From NCBI GenBank assembly GCA_038087875.1, contig CM075987.1, positions 16,060,001-16,120,000 of the forward strand: a DNA stretch of 60,000 nucleotides, written 5' to 3'. The notes beneath the pieces were generated by a model. The model had not been told where the DNA came from and did not search any database. It saw nothing but the letters and a program-made list of their open reading frames with translations. Both the position numbers and the translations under genes were made by a program. The stretch's first letter is position 1. Each line of letters opens with the position of its first letter. Source of the DNA: Malacoraja senta (taxonomy: Eukaryota). Shown here piece after piece: positions 1-11,060 of the stretch.

Positions 1-489
1 TGATATCCTGCCTGCTATTCACAAGTCGACCAACATCAGCTATCTGTCCATTATCATACATACTGTAGACCCTGACCATGGGGAATTGCCTGCTATGTGT
101 CCGCTATTACTGCTGTGCTCTATGTGTTGGCTGCAAGGTTCTTTGACCTAGATATGTTTAAAAAACGTTTTCTTTTTTTTTGTCCATGTCCTGTTCGCCA
201 TTTTCAAACCTTTTTCCTAAAAGACACCTTTTTTGAACAATAGCATAACATTTGTAGATATTTCAAATTTGAAATTAAATTGGATAATGCAGGAAGCACG
301 CAGATCTGTGCAGAAGAAAAACAGTATTCAAAGGTCAATAGTATAAATATTTCTAACCTGGCATGCTCCTGCAGTCAGTTTTTTCTACATGGAACAGATC
401 CTTGATATAATACAGGCAGCCACCCAGTGGCTCCGAGTTTGTGGGAATAGTAGTTTCCTCTGGATATTTCAGACTACTGGGCTAGTTTA

Positions 490-810
490 GTTTAGTAGTG
501 TAGTTTATTGTCATGTGTACTGAGGTACAGTGAAAAACTTTTTGTTGCGTGCTATCTAGTCAGCGGAAAGAATATATATGATTACAATCAAGTCGTCCAC
601 AGTGTACAGATACAGGATAAAGGGAATAACGTTTAATGCAAGATAAAGTTCAATAAAGTCAAATTAAAAATAGTCCAAGGGTCTCCACTGAGGTTGATGG
701 TTAGGTCAGGACTACTCTCTAGCTGGTGATAGGTTGGTTCATTTGTCTGATAACAGCTGAGAAGAAACTGTCCGTGAATCTTGAGGAATGCATTTTCACA
801 CTTCTTGTCA
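490..810 (-). mobile_element. Rex1/Babar-type LINE 3' end fragment (3'UTR and microsatellite tail)
   Basis: (TTTAG)n tail followed by TTTATTGTCA (minus-strand TGACAATAAA); related copies at about 25700-25945 and 51270-51545. Confidence 0.45.
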
Positions 811-1467
811 ACATTTGCTTGTAGTACCTCATCTTTGTCTCCCTATTTTTGGGCCTCGACAGCAAGGATCAGCTCATAATTGATTCACAATGACCATCAA
901 CGCCCAACACCATTTCATGCTCGGAGATAAGCATGCACATTTCAGTAAAAACCACCGTGATCAGGAGCAGCTGATTCTACTCCTCCTTGATTGAAGGACC
1001 ATTGAGAGAAATTGTAAACAGAAAACCTGTATTTCTAGGACACTTGCGTGCAAATGGTAACTGGAGTGTTACTGGACTGGTGAGTTACAGTTTCGATGTA
1101 ATGATTTAGAAACTTAGATTCCACGCTAGTCCCGCATCTGGAGAGTTTAAATTGAATTTAAATAGATCCAAACGTAGGCAACTGCTGGATTTATGTTCAA
1201 ATCCAGTTAGGCTCAGTTGCAACCTCCTTGTCTGGCTCCTGTGTGAATTGAATAAAATACTTTATTGTTACGTGACAAGTCCGTGCACCACTTAAAAGAT
1301 ATCAAACACAGGCGTCCACATGGAGAGCATCACACCTACACATGCCTTGGAAGGTCCCGTCCTCCTGTGGTGATTTCAGACCCACAAGCAATGTTCACTA
1401 TTCTCTGAAATCCCCAGAAAGCTACTCTGTTCATGGGGTAATTAGAGAGAGGTATTAAATGCAGGTA

Positions 1468-1610
1468 AGTCACAAATGCTGGAATAACTCAGCGGGTCAG
1501 GCAGCATCCCAGGAGAACATGGATAGGTGACATTTCGGGTCGGGACCCTTCTTCAAACTGATTGTGGGTGGGAGCTTGGTAAACTAGGCCCTGCAGTTCC
1601 TTGCTTTTGC
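1468..1610 (-). mobile_element. Short Penelope pseudo-LTR-derived repeat
   Basis: Matches the reverse complement of the 3' segment of the Penelope element at 8520-8650 (GAAGAAGGGTCCCGACCCGAAATGTCACC...GATGCTGCCTGACCCGCTGAG). Confidence 0.65.
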
Positions 1611-2814
1611 TAATAAATGCAGGTAATGTTCAATAGAAAGCACTCAGGGTGACTCAAATCCTGGTGCATCCAGTTAAGATGCACTATCATTCTAATATAG
1701 GAACATTTCAACAGAGTTGATTTAAAGTTTCTGGTCGGTATGGTTCAGCAACATGGGCGGTGAGAGTTAAAACAAAATCACATGCTGATTCAATTCTAAA
1801 GCAGGGCAGTGATCTGATATCCCAAAGCTGTCTTGACAGACCTGCTGTGTAAGTCCAGTGTTCGCTATTGTTCTTGACATTCTTCATAGAGACTAAAGGA
1901 TCTGTTCTTGTGCCATCACCTTGTTGCAGTGCGACCTCTGATTTTATTTCCCTGGCTCCCCCGCGGCTCTGATTCCCTGGAGGAGTTCATTACTGAGGTT
2001 GCCCCCAAAAGATCCCTGGTGTGCAGTTAGCTGCAAGCATTATGCCTGAAAAAGCAACAATAATTCTCCCTCTCGCCAACCACCTCCTCCTAGCGTGGTG
2101 CAGCTACAGTCTTCAGTTGCCATGGTGACAGCCGGCTAAAAGGGTTGTGACACATTTCCATGTCACCTCCTGACGAGATGCAAACGCCAAGTTGAACAAA
2201 GCAACATCAAGGCCGCCGTCTACTCCTGGAGGTTTCCGAGCAATATCTGACAGAAGGAATAAATTACCAAGAACTCTCTTTACATTTGACCTATGGTTCG
2301 GTTTGATTGAAGACATCTTGATTACATCCAAGTCCTGCAGCTTTCAGTCATGGGAAGCAGAGGGTGGAAGGCAGATAAGGTCTTTGGTTAACAAGGTTTA
2401 AAAAAAAATCAAAAGATTGTTAATTCCTGACGTGATAGGAACCACATGTGTTTATACTGCAAGCAGAAAACTATCATTGCTTTTAAGCCAATGTTTGTGG
2501 AAACAAATTCTCAGAGCCCATCGACTGAAACGGGTCTGGATTTTGCTCTTCTTTAGTTCCCCGTGGCAGTGAGACTTGCACAGATAGTTGTCAGCTGGGA
2601 TCTTGTTCCTGAGACAGGTCGTAGGGTCAAGTCCCATCTCAGAAATGTGAGCACTATACCTGGGAGTCTGATGAAAGGCTATCAACATGAGGCATTAACT
2701 ATTGTTTCACTCTGACATCAACACATATATTGTCTGCTGTGTGGGTACTTATAATATTTTCTGTTTCTGCTTGACCTTTCCACGATCCCCATGGCATTTT
2801 GCTGTTGCACAGTA

Positions 2815-3060
2815 GAGGTTGCTCATGCGAAACGCAAAGTGCTGGAGGAAGTCTGCGGGTCAGGAAGCATGTGTGGAGGGAATGGACAGACGACATTTCA
2901 AATCGGGATTCTTCTTCAGACTGATTGTCCAGATCTGATTTACAGACCCGACCCAAAACATTGTCAGTCCATTCCCTCCACGGATGCTGCCTGACCCACT
3001 GACATCCTCCGGCACTTTGTGTATGATCAGGATTCCATTATCTGCAGTCTCTTGTGTCTT
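2815..3060. mobile_element. Decayed inverted pair of Penelope pLTR-derived short repeats
   Basis: Minus-strand half at about 2825-2925 and plus-strand half at about 2940-3055 are imperfect reverse complements. Confidence 0.55.
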
Positions 3061-3659
3061 CATTTTAAAACTGAACACAGTCCAATCTTACTCAAACAAT
3101 TTGATTTGATCCAGCCACTTTGGAAGCCACCTCGGATCCGAACTAAACGTCAATATGTTTTCATGGTAGAACACTGACAGACTTAATGCATTTTTAACCC
3201 AGAGCAGAGTACTGGAATTCCAAGTATCCACCAAGATGAATAATGTATAGAATTTCCATCGAGCAGGACAGCGTGGAGGCACTGTCACGCAGTTATTTAA
3301 TCTTTTCTTGGAGAAGTGATCCACATTTTTTTGGCTATTTGGATTGCCAGAGGTTTTAATAAACTTTGGGTGTAAGATCAAATGCTTAAGCCTTGAGTGC
3401 CTGCCAGTTTCAAGTCAAGTCAAGTGAGTTTATTGTCATGTGTCCCTGGTAGGACAGTTTCAAATTCCCTTCAAGGATTCTGGAGAATGTTGGCAATTTG
3501 GGGGCATTTTGGTATCATTTTCCGCACCAAGCTTACTGTTTTTCACAAAAAAATGTACACTTGCAATTTTAATAAGTTTCTCTGAGACTTTTTTCCCCCA
3601 ATTGTCAGCTGTTAGTTTCCTCCAATTTTGATTTTTTGCAATTCCCTGATTTCTTTTAA

Positions 3660-3920
3660 TCCACCATTGGTGGACATCCTCCCAGCCATTCACAGTACCA
3701 GGCTTTGGAATTCTGTCCGGTACTCTGCACCGCAACATCTCACCAAAGGTTATTTGGCAGCAACTCTCAGACTCGCAACTAGCATCTAGAAGGACAAGAG
3801 CAGCATCTATACGAGGACACCCATATCCAGCCCACACGCCATCATTGGCTGGGTGTGTCCCGCCAGTCCCAAAATCGTGGAAATGCCTAATTAAGAGCAC
3901 TGCCAGAGCTCTTTCTCCAC
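3660..3920 (+). mobile_element. Ancient LINE 3' remnant, clade uncertain
   Basis: Resembles, from memory, a common old elasmobranch LINE 3' segment (TAGAAGGACAAGAGCAGCA...); possibly related pieces near 43530-43790 and 58050-58340. Confidence 0.3.
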
Positions 3921-3929
3921 AGGGTCAAC

Positions 3930-4641
3930 AGGGGAGTGTTGCAGAGCAAAGGGATCTAGGAGTGCAGGTACATAGTTCCTTGAAAGTGGCACTACAAGTG
4001 CATAGGATGGTCAAGAAGGCTTTTGGTACATTGGCCTTCATCAGTCAGGGTATTGAGTATAGAATTTGGGATGTTATGTTACAGTTGTACAAGACATTAG
4101 TGAGGCCGCATCTGGAGGATTGTGTTCCGTTTTAGTCACCCTGCTATTGTTAAACTGGAATGTGTGCGGAGAAGATTTATAAGGATGTTGCAAGGGCTTG
4201 AGGCCCTGAGCTATAGTGAGAGGTTGGGCAGGCTGGGACTTTATTCCTTGGAGCGCAGGAGAATGAGGGATGATTTTATAGAGATGTATCAAATCATGAT
4301 GGGAATAGATTGGGTAAATGCATTGAGTCTTTTACCCAAAATAGGAGAACCAAGAACCAGAGTGCAGATGTTTAAGGCGAGAGGGGACAGATTTTATAGG
4401 AACCTGAGGAGCAATTTTTTTACACAGAGGATGGTGGGTATATGTAATGATCTGTCAGAGGAGGTAGTTGAGGCAGGTATTATAACAACATTTATAAGAC
4501 TATATGACATTTTGACAGATAGATGGATAGGAAATGTTTAGAGGGATATATGCGAAACGCGGGCTAGGTGTAGATGGGGCATCCTGGTCAGTGTGGGCAA
4601 GTTGGGCCGAAAGGCCTGTTTCTGAACTGTATGACTCTATG
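3930..4641 (+). mobile_element. CR1/HER1-like LINE, 5'-truncated (ORF2 C-terminus and 3'UTR)
   Basis: Frameshifted peptides QRDLGVQVHSSLKVA...LYKTLVRPHLEDC and LSYSERLGRLGLYSLERRRMR...NFFTQRMV; (CTATGA)-type tail. Confidence 0.9.
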
Positions 4642-4889
4642 AACCGTCATGGCCGTATGGGTGGCAATAATGCTATGTGTAAAGAGAAAGGGAAGAGCTA
4701 ACACTACTTGGTCTAACACTAACAATAATGTGCGGTCAAGGCAAGAATGTGATAATAGTTTCACTTTTTTTTAAATTTTGTAAATATTTTTTATTATTGG
4801 GGAAAAAAATTTGAGGAACTCTCACCAAATGTTTTGAAAGGCAAATGTCTTCGAATTAGTCTGGAGGCTTTTGGATCAGTAACAGTCGG

Positions 4890-5100
4890 TGATGCACAAG
4901 AAACTGCAGGTGCCGAAATCTTGAGCGAAAGACAAAGTGCTGAAACTCAGCAGGTGAAGCTGCATCGATGGAGGGAGTGGACAGACAATGGTTCAGGTCT
5001 GTACTGTCCTTCACACTGATGGAGAAGTGGGGGAGAAACCTGGAAAAGAGAAGTGGGGCTGTGGTAAAGCCCAGCAAGTAATAGGTGGATACAGGTGAGG
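4890..5100 (-). mobile_element. Decayed Penelope pLTR-derived fragment
   Basis: AACTGCAGGTGCCGAAATC...AAACTCAG...GCATCGATGGAGGGAG matches the reverse complement of the shared pLTR 3' segment. Confidence 0.5.
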
Positions 5101-5464
5101 GATTGGAATACTTCATTGTCACATGTAACCAGGCACAGTGACATTCTTTGCTGCATACCCAATGTATAGGGGGGTTGCACGTAAGGTCATCGGGTCAACA
5201 GGTCAAAGGGCGTGACGCAAGGAGTAGCTCAATCCTTCTGGAGTACACGGCAGCTTCCGGCATGCACTAGTAACACGGGAAACACATACGTTCTTACCTG
5301 TTAGAAACCAGCAAAATCTTCAATTTCTGCGCTGTAAAATATTGTGGAAATATGGGGTGGCCGTGAGAGAAAATCACCAAAATCATTGCTGCTCACTGAC
5401 TTGCGAAAGACCAGCGTGCCAGCCGATTGAGAGTCACCCTCCAGTCTGAAGCCGAGCACCAAGG

Positions 5465-5741
5465 TGCAAGGGTAAGCTATTTAGAACGGAGATGAGGAAA
5501 CACTTTTTCACACAGAAAGTTGTGAGTCTGTGGAATTCTCTGCCTCAGAGGGCGGTGGAGGCCGGTTCTCTGAATACTTTCAAGAGAGAGCTAGATAGGG
5601 CTCTTGAAGATAGCGGAGTCAGGGGATATGGGGAGAAGGCAGGAACGGGGTACTGATTGGGGATGATCAGCCATGATCACATTGAATGGCGGTGCTGGCT
5701 CGAAGGGCCGAATGGCTTACTCCTGCACTTATTGTCTATTG
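5465..5741 (+). mobile_element. CR1 LINE 3' end
   Basis: Near-identical to 18870-19020 plus 19404-19530 and to the reverse complement of 54912-55190; (CTATTGT) tail. Confidence 0.85.
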
Positions 5742-5859
5742 AGACCACGGCGCCTCGATAAAGCCCTCCGGCCAGGTTCCCACTCTACAGCCGCGGGCCG
5801 GCGGGAAGCCTTCTGGCCTTGCGGTCCGTCGAGAAGCCTTGCGACCATTGTTTGCGAGA

Positions 5860-6235
5860 TGGGTGGAGTAAGTGATAAAGATGGGAGGTGAAAAGGAGCC
5901 AAAAGGAGAGCAGCTAAAAAAAAGACGTGAAATATAAAGCTGGAGGGAGAGATCTTGGAGGAATTGGACAGGAGGAGGTGTAAGAAAGGAGGTAGAAGAA
6001 AAATATGGGACCTGGGGATGGGAGATGAGCAAAGAAACGGAGGAGGGGAAAAGAATGGTGTGTCTGGGGTGGTCGAAGATAGTGGTAGAAATAGGGTGGG
6101 AGCAGGAGAAAGAGAGGTGGGGTAGGGGGTTATTACTGGAAACTAGAAGACTCAATGTTGATAGTGTGGGTCGTAATATAGCTAAGAGGAATATGAGCTG
6201 TTCTTCTAGTTTGCGTGTGAGCTCGTTTGCATGTG
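5860..6235 (-). mobile_element. Decayed Penelope-like fragment (GIY-YIG C-terminus and purine-skewed UTR)
   Basis: Peptide RKLEEQLIFLLAILRP aligns with RKLEEMHLIFRLGSLHP of the intact copy. Confidence 0.6.
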
Positions 6236-6864
6236 GGGATGGATTTGCATCAGTATTCCTCACTGGGCTGCCATTACTCTCAGCAACTTTTAACTGCTTG
6301 CATCCTTACACCGTGAACATTGTTCAATGTCCAAGGCCCAGGTCCCCCCCCCTCACCCACCACACCTACCCTGTGCCAATCTGAGAATCAGTGTGCCAAA
6401 AAGACGCATGATATTTGCCGACCAGTCAGTGATCCCAATCAAAATAATAAAACCTTGAGTTTAAAAAAATATCCAATAGGGTTACTAACTCGCCAAAGAG
6501 TGAGACAGGAGTCTGCCATGGTCACTGGAGAATTTAAATCATTTGACTAAATTTGACTCCGGAACAGCATCTTCCCCAACCTCATCATGGACAGGAGAGT
6601 TTTTCTCTGGAATTGTTCTGCTACAATGCTGAGAAACTATATTCTGCACTCTGGTATTTTTCCATTCGCTTTACCTGTTGTACTTGGGTTTGACTTGATT
6701 GTGTTTATGTATAGTATTATTTGATTTGGTTGGATAGCACGCAAACAAAAGCTTGTCACGGTGTCTTGGTAATAATAAACCCAAACCTAAATCAAACCAA
6801 ACAAAAAGGTGGCACCATAACTAAATAGTGACTGTTTCGTCAAAACCAAATCTGGTTCAGTAAT

Positions 6865-6959
6865 AGGTAGACAAAAGTGCTGGAGAAACTCAGCAGGTGA
6901 GACAGCATCTATTGAGCGAAGGAAATAGGTAATGTTTCGGGCCGAAACCCTTCTTCAGG
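6865..6959 (-). mobile_element. Short Penelope pLTR derivative with about 13-bp TSD
   Basis: Flanked by CTGGTTCAGT(A/G)AT at 6852-6864 and 6960-6972; 5' end lies at the CTGAAGA motif. Confidence 0.75.
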
Positions 6960-7059
6960 CTGGTTCAGTGATGTTCTCTGGGGCAGGAAAGCTGTCACAT
7001 TACACAAAAATGCTGGAGAAACTCAGCGGGTGCAGCAGCATCTATGGAGCGAAGGAAAT

Positions 7060-7095
7060 AGGTAACGTTTCGGGCCGAAACCCTTCTTCAGACTG
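7060..7095 (-). ncRNA. Minimal hammerhead ribozyme-like motif
   Basis: Reverse complement reads CAGT-CTGAAGA-A-GGGT-TTCG-GCCC-GAAA-CG-TT-ACCT. Confidence 0.6.
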
Positions 7096-7207
7096 ATAGG
7101 GGGTGGGGAGAAGAAAGGAAAAAAGGAAAAGGAGGAGGAGGAGCCCGAGGGTTGGGGGAGGGGAGGAGACAACCAGATGGCTGATGAAGGGGAGGGGACA
7201 GCCAGGG

Positions 7208-7898
7208 CTAGCAGAATTGGGAGAATTCAACGTTCAGGCCACCAGGGTGTAGACTGCCCAAGCGGAATATGAGGTGCATTTCCTCCAATTTACGGTGTTG
7301 CTCGCTGTGGCCATGGAGGAGACCCAGGACAGAGAGGTCAGATACGGAATGGGAGGGGGAGTTGAAGTGCTGAGCCACCGGGAGTTCAGGTTGGTTATTG
7401 CGGACCGACCGGAGGTGTTCGGCGAAACGATCGCCAAGCCTCCGCTTGGTCTCACCGATGTAGATCAGCTGGCATCTAGAGCAGCGAATGCAATAGATGA
7501 GGTTGGAGGAGATGCAGGTGAACCTCTGTCGCACCTGGAACGACTGCTTGGGTCCTGGAATGGAGTGGAGGGGGGAAGTGAAGGGACAAGTGTTGCATCT
7601 CTTGCGGTTGCAAGGGAAAGTACCAGGGGAGGGGGTGGTATGGGAGGGAAGGGAAGAATTGACAAGGGAGTTACGGAGGGAGCGGTCTTTGCAGAAAGCA
7701 GACATAGGGGGAGATGGGAAGATGTGGCGAGTGGTGGGGTCACGTTGGAGGTGGCGAAACTGACGGAGGATCACTTGTTGTATGTGACGGCTGGTGGGGT
7801 GAAAGGTGAGGACTAGGGGGACTCTGCCTTTGTTGTGAGTGGGGGGATGGGGAGAGAGAGCAGTGTTGCGGGGTATGGCAGAGACCCTGGTGCGAGCC
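7208..7898 (-). pseudogene. Penelope ORF C-terminal fragment: thumb/linker, CNRKRCNTC Cys motif and GIY-YIG endonuclease
   Basis: RVPLVLTFHP...PGTFPCNRKRCNTC...NLIYCIRCSRCQLIYIGETKRRLGDRFAEH...VAQHF...RKLEEMHLIFRLGSLHPGGLN; RT domain absent. Confidence 0.9.
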
Positions 7899-8405
7899 TC
7901 TCCCCCTATGTCTGCTTTCCGCAAAGACCGCTCCCTCCGTAACTCCCTTGTCAATTCTTCCCTTCCCTCCCATACCACCCCCTCCCCTGGTACTTTCCCT
8001 TGCAACCGCAAGAGATGCAACACTTGTCCCTTCACTTCCCCCCTCCACTCCATTCCAGGACCCAAGCAGTCGTTCCAGGTGCGACAGAGGTTCACCTGCA
8101 TCTCCTCCAACCTCATCTATTGCATTCGCTGCTCTAGATGCCAGCTGATCTACATCGGTGAGACCAAGCGGAGGCTTGGCGATCGTTTCGCCGAACACCT
8201 CCGGTCGGTCCGCAATAACCAACCTGAACTCCCGGTGGCTCAGCACTTCAACTCCCCCTCCCATTCCGTATCTGACCTCTCTGTCCTGGGTCTCCTCCAT
8301 GGCCACAGCGAGCAACACCGTAAATTGGAGGAAATGCACCTCATATTCCGCTTGGGCAGTCTACACCCTGGTGGCCTGAACGTTGAATTCTCCCAATTCT
8401 GCTAG
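7899..8405 (+). pseudogene. Penelope GIY-YIG endonuclease fragment (inverted duplicate)
   Basis: Same peptide as the minus-strand copy except AFRKDR versus AFCKDR. Confidence 0.9.
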
Positions 8406-8517
8406 CCCTGGCTGTCCCCTCCCCTTCATCAGCCATCTGGTTGTCTCCTCCCCTCCCCCAACCCTCGGGCTCCTCCTCCTCCTTTTCCTTTTTTCCTTTC
8501 TTCTCCCCACCCCCTAT

Positions 8518-8553
8518 CAGTCTGAAGAAGGGTTTCGGCCCGAAACGTTACCT
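8518..8553 (+). ncRNA. Minimal hammerhead ribozyme-like motif in Penelope pLTR
   Basis: CTGAAGA core (8522-8528), extra A, stem II GGGT/GCCC with TTCG loop, GAAA (8542-8545), palindromic ACGT minimal stem III; hammerheads are an established feature of Penelope pLTRs. Confidence 0.6.
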
Positions 8554-9399
8554 ATTTCCTTCGCTCCATAGATGCTGCTGCACCCGCTGAGTTTCTCCAG
8601 CATTTTTGTGTACCTTCGATTTTCCAGCATCTGCAGTTCCTTCTTTAACAACAAGCTGTCACATTAATCTGATTTGATCATAATGTGGCTCCACCTTCAG
8701 AAATGTCTTAGCCAGCCACCCAGATCCAGGGCAGTTAGATACCCAGGGTAACAAATGCCCATCTTAACAGTCACACCCACATCCAGAGGCTAAATAACAA
8801 AAATGACAATGCTTTTTACCCCCTCCACTTTTCAGTGGAAATCCTCTTAACAAAATATGCTTCAAGTGCCTATTTGAAATCACATCCATCATTATTCAGT
8901 AACCATGGAAATAAGACACTTGCTATGATCTAATGCAATTACATTCTATGCTTCCCATTTTACCAGGCAATACACAAAATGATTAAACTCCACAGCCTTA
9001 CATCGGGAGCACCAGGATTGGGATCACATGCTTATGACACATTAGCCATGCAATTAGCCACATCGATTTTCTGAATTGGCTACAGATGGCTGATTGTTAA
9101 AGGGTTTAGACTAATCCAATGCTGCCTGCGATGCCTTCCATTGTCTTAATAGTTACTGGCACTCACTGTTTGCCATAACACGAAGCCTGAGAAGGGTCTC
9201 GACCTGAAACGGCACCCATTCCTTCTCTCCAGAGATGCTGCCTGCCCTGCTGAGTTCAGAGGGTACTGATGTTCCCGACGCGGTGTTCTGCATTACTGAG
9301 AGTTATTCTTCTCGGGGGCTTCCTCGAGATTGAGGGTGACTTGCTGATGAGGTGAACGTGGAAACCGGAGACTCTATCGTGGATGGGAATGGGAACGGA

Positions 9400-9760
9400 T
9401 ATCTCCCGGAGCAGGTGGCTGGGCCTCAACAAGGCCAGCAGCAGAATCAAGGTAGACAAAAGTGCTGGAGAAACTCAACGGGTGCAGCAGCATCTATGGA
9501 GCGAAGGAAATAGGCAATGTTTCGGCCCGAAATGTTGCCTATTTCCTTCGCTCCATAGATGCTGCTGCACCCGCTGAGTTTCTCCAGCACTTTTGTCTAC
9601 CTTCGATTTTCCAGCATCTGCAGTTCCTTCTTAAACAGCAGAATCAAGGACCAGCCTCACCACGGTCACTCCCTCTTCACTTCTCTCCCATCAGGCAAGA
9701 GGTACAGAAGTTTGAAAACGCATATCTCCAGATTCAGGGACAGTTTCTTCCCAGCTATTA
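9400..9760 (+). mobile_element. Rex1/Babar LINE ORF 3' fragment interrupted by a Penelope-derived hairpin
   Basis: Peptide RIKDQPHHGHSLFTSLPSGKRYRSLKTHISRFRDSFFP, homologous to 44928-45305. Confidence 0.7.
9453..9635. mobile_element. Palindromic Penelope pLTR-derived mini-element with 14-bp TSD
   Basis: About 75-bp arms fold back at TTTCGGCCCGAAA; TSD CAGCAGAATCAAGG at 9439-9452 and 9636-9649. Confidence 0.85.
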
Positions 9761-10103
9761 TGGAGAAGGGTGTCGACCAGAAACATCACCCATTCCTTCT
9801 CTCCAGAGATGCTGCCTGTCCCGCTGAGTTTACTCCGGCATTTAGTGTCTATCTTCGGTTTAAACCAGCATCTGCAGTTCCTTCCCACACATGAATAATG
9901 ATGATTGGCCTTGGAACCAATAAATATTTGGGCAGGATATGGTTGAATGAGAGAACGACTACATGTACTCTAGTGAGAGAACAGCTCCTGGTATAGAACT
10001 AAGTCACACTTCCAGGGCTATTTGAATGCCCATGAGTGCCCCAAATTAATTTATTAGAGCGGGTCAGAGGATTAGATTACACCTATGAACCGTGTCCATG
10101 CAA

Positions 10104-10197
10104 GTCTGAAGAAGGGTTTCGGCCCGAAACGTTACCTATTTCCTTCGCTCCATAGATGCTGCTGCACCCGCTGAGTTTCTCCAGCATTTTTATGTAC
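10104..10197 (+). mobile_element. Short Penelope pLTR derivative with intact hammerhead-like motif
   Basis: Nearly identical to 8520-8613. Confidence 0.8.
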
Positions 10198-10689
10198 AAA
10201 CAAGAACCTTATAATGGAATGAAATGTTTATTTTAAGGATTAAAAAGGGGGAGGGGAGAGCATTACCTTGTACGGTCAATTAAGGCATGGGTTTGACAAT
10301 TCCCCTCCCCACGGGAAAACTGTGACGCTTTTGTACGGCGTCAACCAACGTGGGATTATTGTGTATTGTTGAAACGAAAGAGGAGCGAGAGAAGGGAGAT
10401 GATGTGATGGTCTGAGGGGTTGAGACGGGGGGGGAGAAGGAGAAGGAGAAGGAGAAGGTGCCTCGTGAAGCGGAGGGTACAGAATCGAGCGGTGAAACAT
10501 TAAAGAAAGCGCTTCTGTACCTGATCAGCCGACAACCTGCGAGAGAGGGGGGGATAACAAGGGGGGGACCGAGCAACAATCTTTGCTCAAACTGCTACTC
10601 ATTTGTACTACAGATTATCATTCCTTTGCATTTCTCTCTGTGCTGGAATATCTCAAATGAATTCGTTTATTTTCTCATCCATTTTTAAT

Positions 10690-11060
10690 CGCCTCCTCGT
10701 TTTAATGGTTTCCCAAATTGTTCCCGAAGGCTGGATTTCTCCTCGGTTGTCAAGCTGAAATTGTAGGTTTTATTTCGCCGCTCTTAAAGCGACCGTGCAC
10801 TCGCCGGAGGTAACCCGTGGATTTAACGCCGTGGGTGCTCGCTTCATTCCTGTATGATAGAGGCGATTTCACCCAGGATGGGACGAGCCGGCAAGACGGA
10901 GCCGGAGAAGACCGTGTAGACCCAACCCCGCGGCCCATCGTCCCCAACACAACCCGTAGCTTGGCATCGTTCGGCGCTGGGGAGACTGAGGGCTGTACGG
11001 GGGGACCCTGGGGAGACTATGGTTCGGAGATGATGAGGTGGAATGCCCAGGTAAGGTGTT
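10690..11060 (+). promoter_or_regulatory. CpG-island-like promoter and 5'UTR of a first exon
   Basis: Non-repetitive, GC- and CpG-rich stretch ending in a strong donor CAG|GTAAGG at 11050/11051. Confidence 0.65.
11030..11050 (+). CDS. RALGDS: Candidate short first coding exon (MMRWNAQ), phase 0; tentatively Ral guanine nucleotide dissociation stimulator
   Basis: GAGATGATG start, CAG|GTAAGG donor, CpG island context; parallels the short MMVDCQ first exon of mammalian RALGDS as recalled from memory, not verified by search. Confidence 0.4.

Larger units (their letters stand above)
7003..8652. mobile_element. Penelope-like retroelement insertion in inverted configuration (5'-truncated, Neptune-like Cys-rich linker)
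   Basis: Arms 7003-7714 and 7899-8610 are near-perfect reverse complements; TSD AAGCTGTCACATTA at 6989-7002 and 8653-8666; about 40-bp 3' extension on the right arm only. Confidence 0.93.

Noticed and set aside
2113..2401. ORFs or a possible minus-strand exon next to an RFX X-box-like GTTGCCATGGTGAC
   Set aside because: No recognisable homology, marginal splice signals, and a single motif is insufficient
7208..8116. 302-aa ORF and other long ORFs across 7274-8339
   Set aside because: Chimeric or antisense read-through produced by the inverted duplication; only the GIY-YIG-containing part is real Penelope coding sequence
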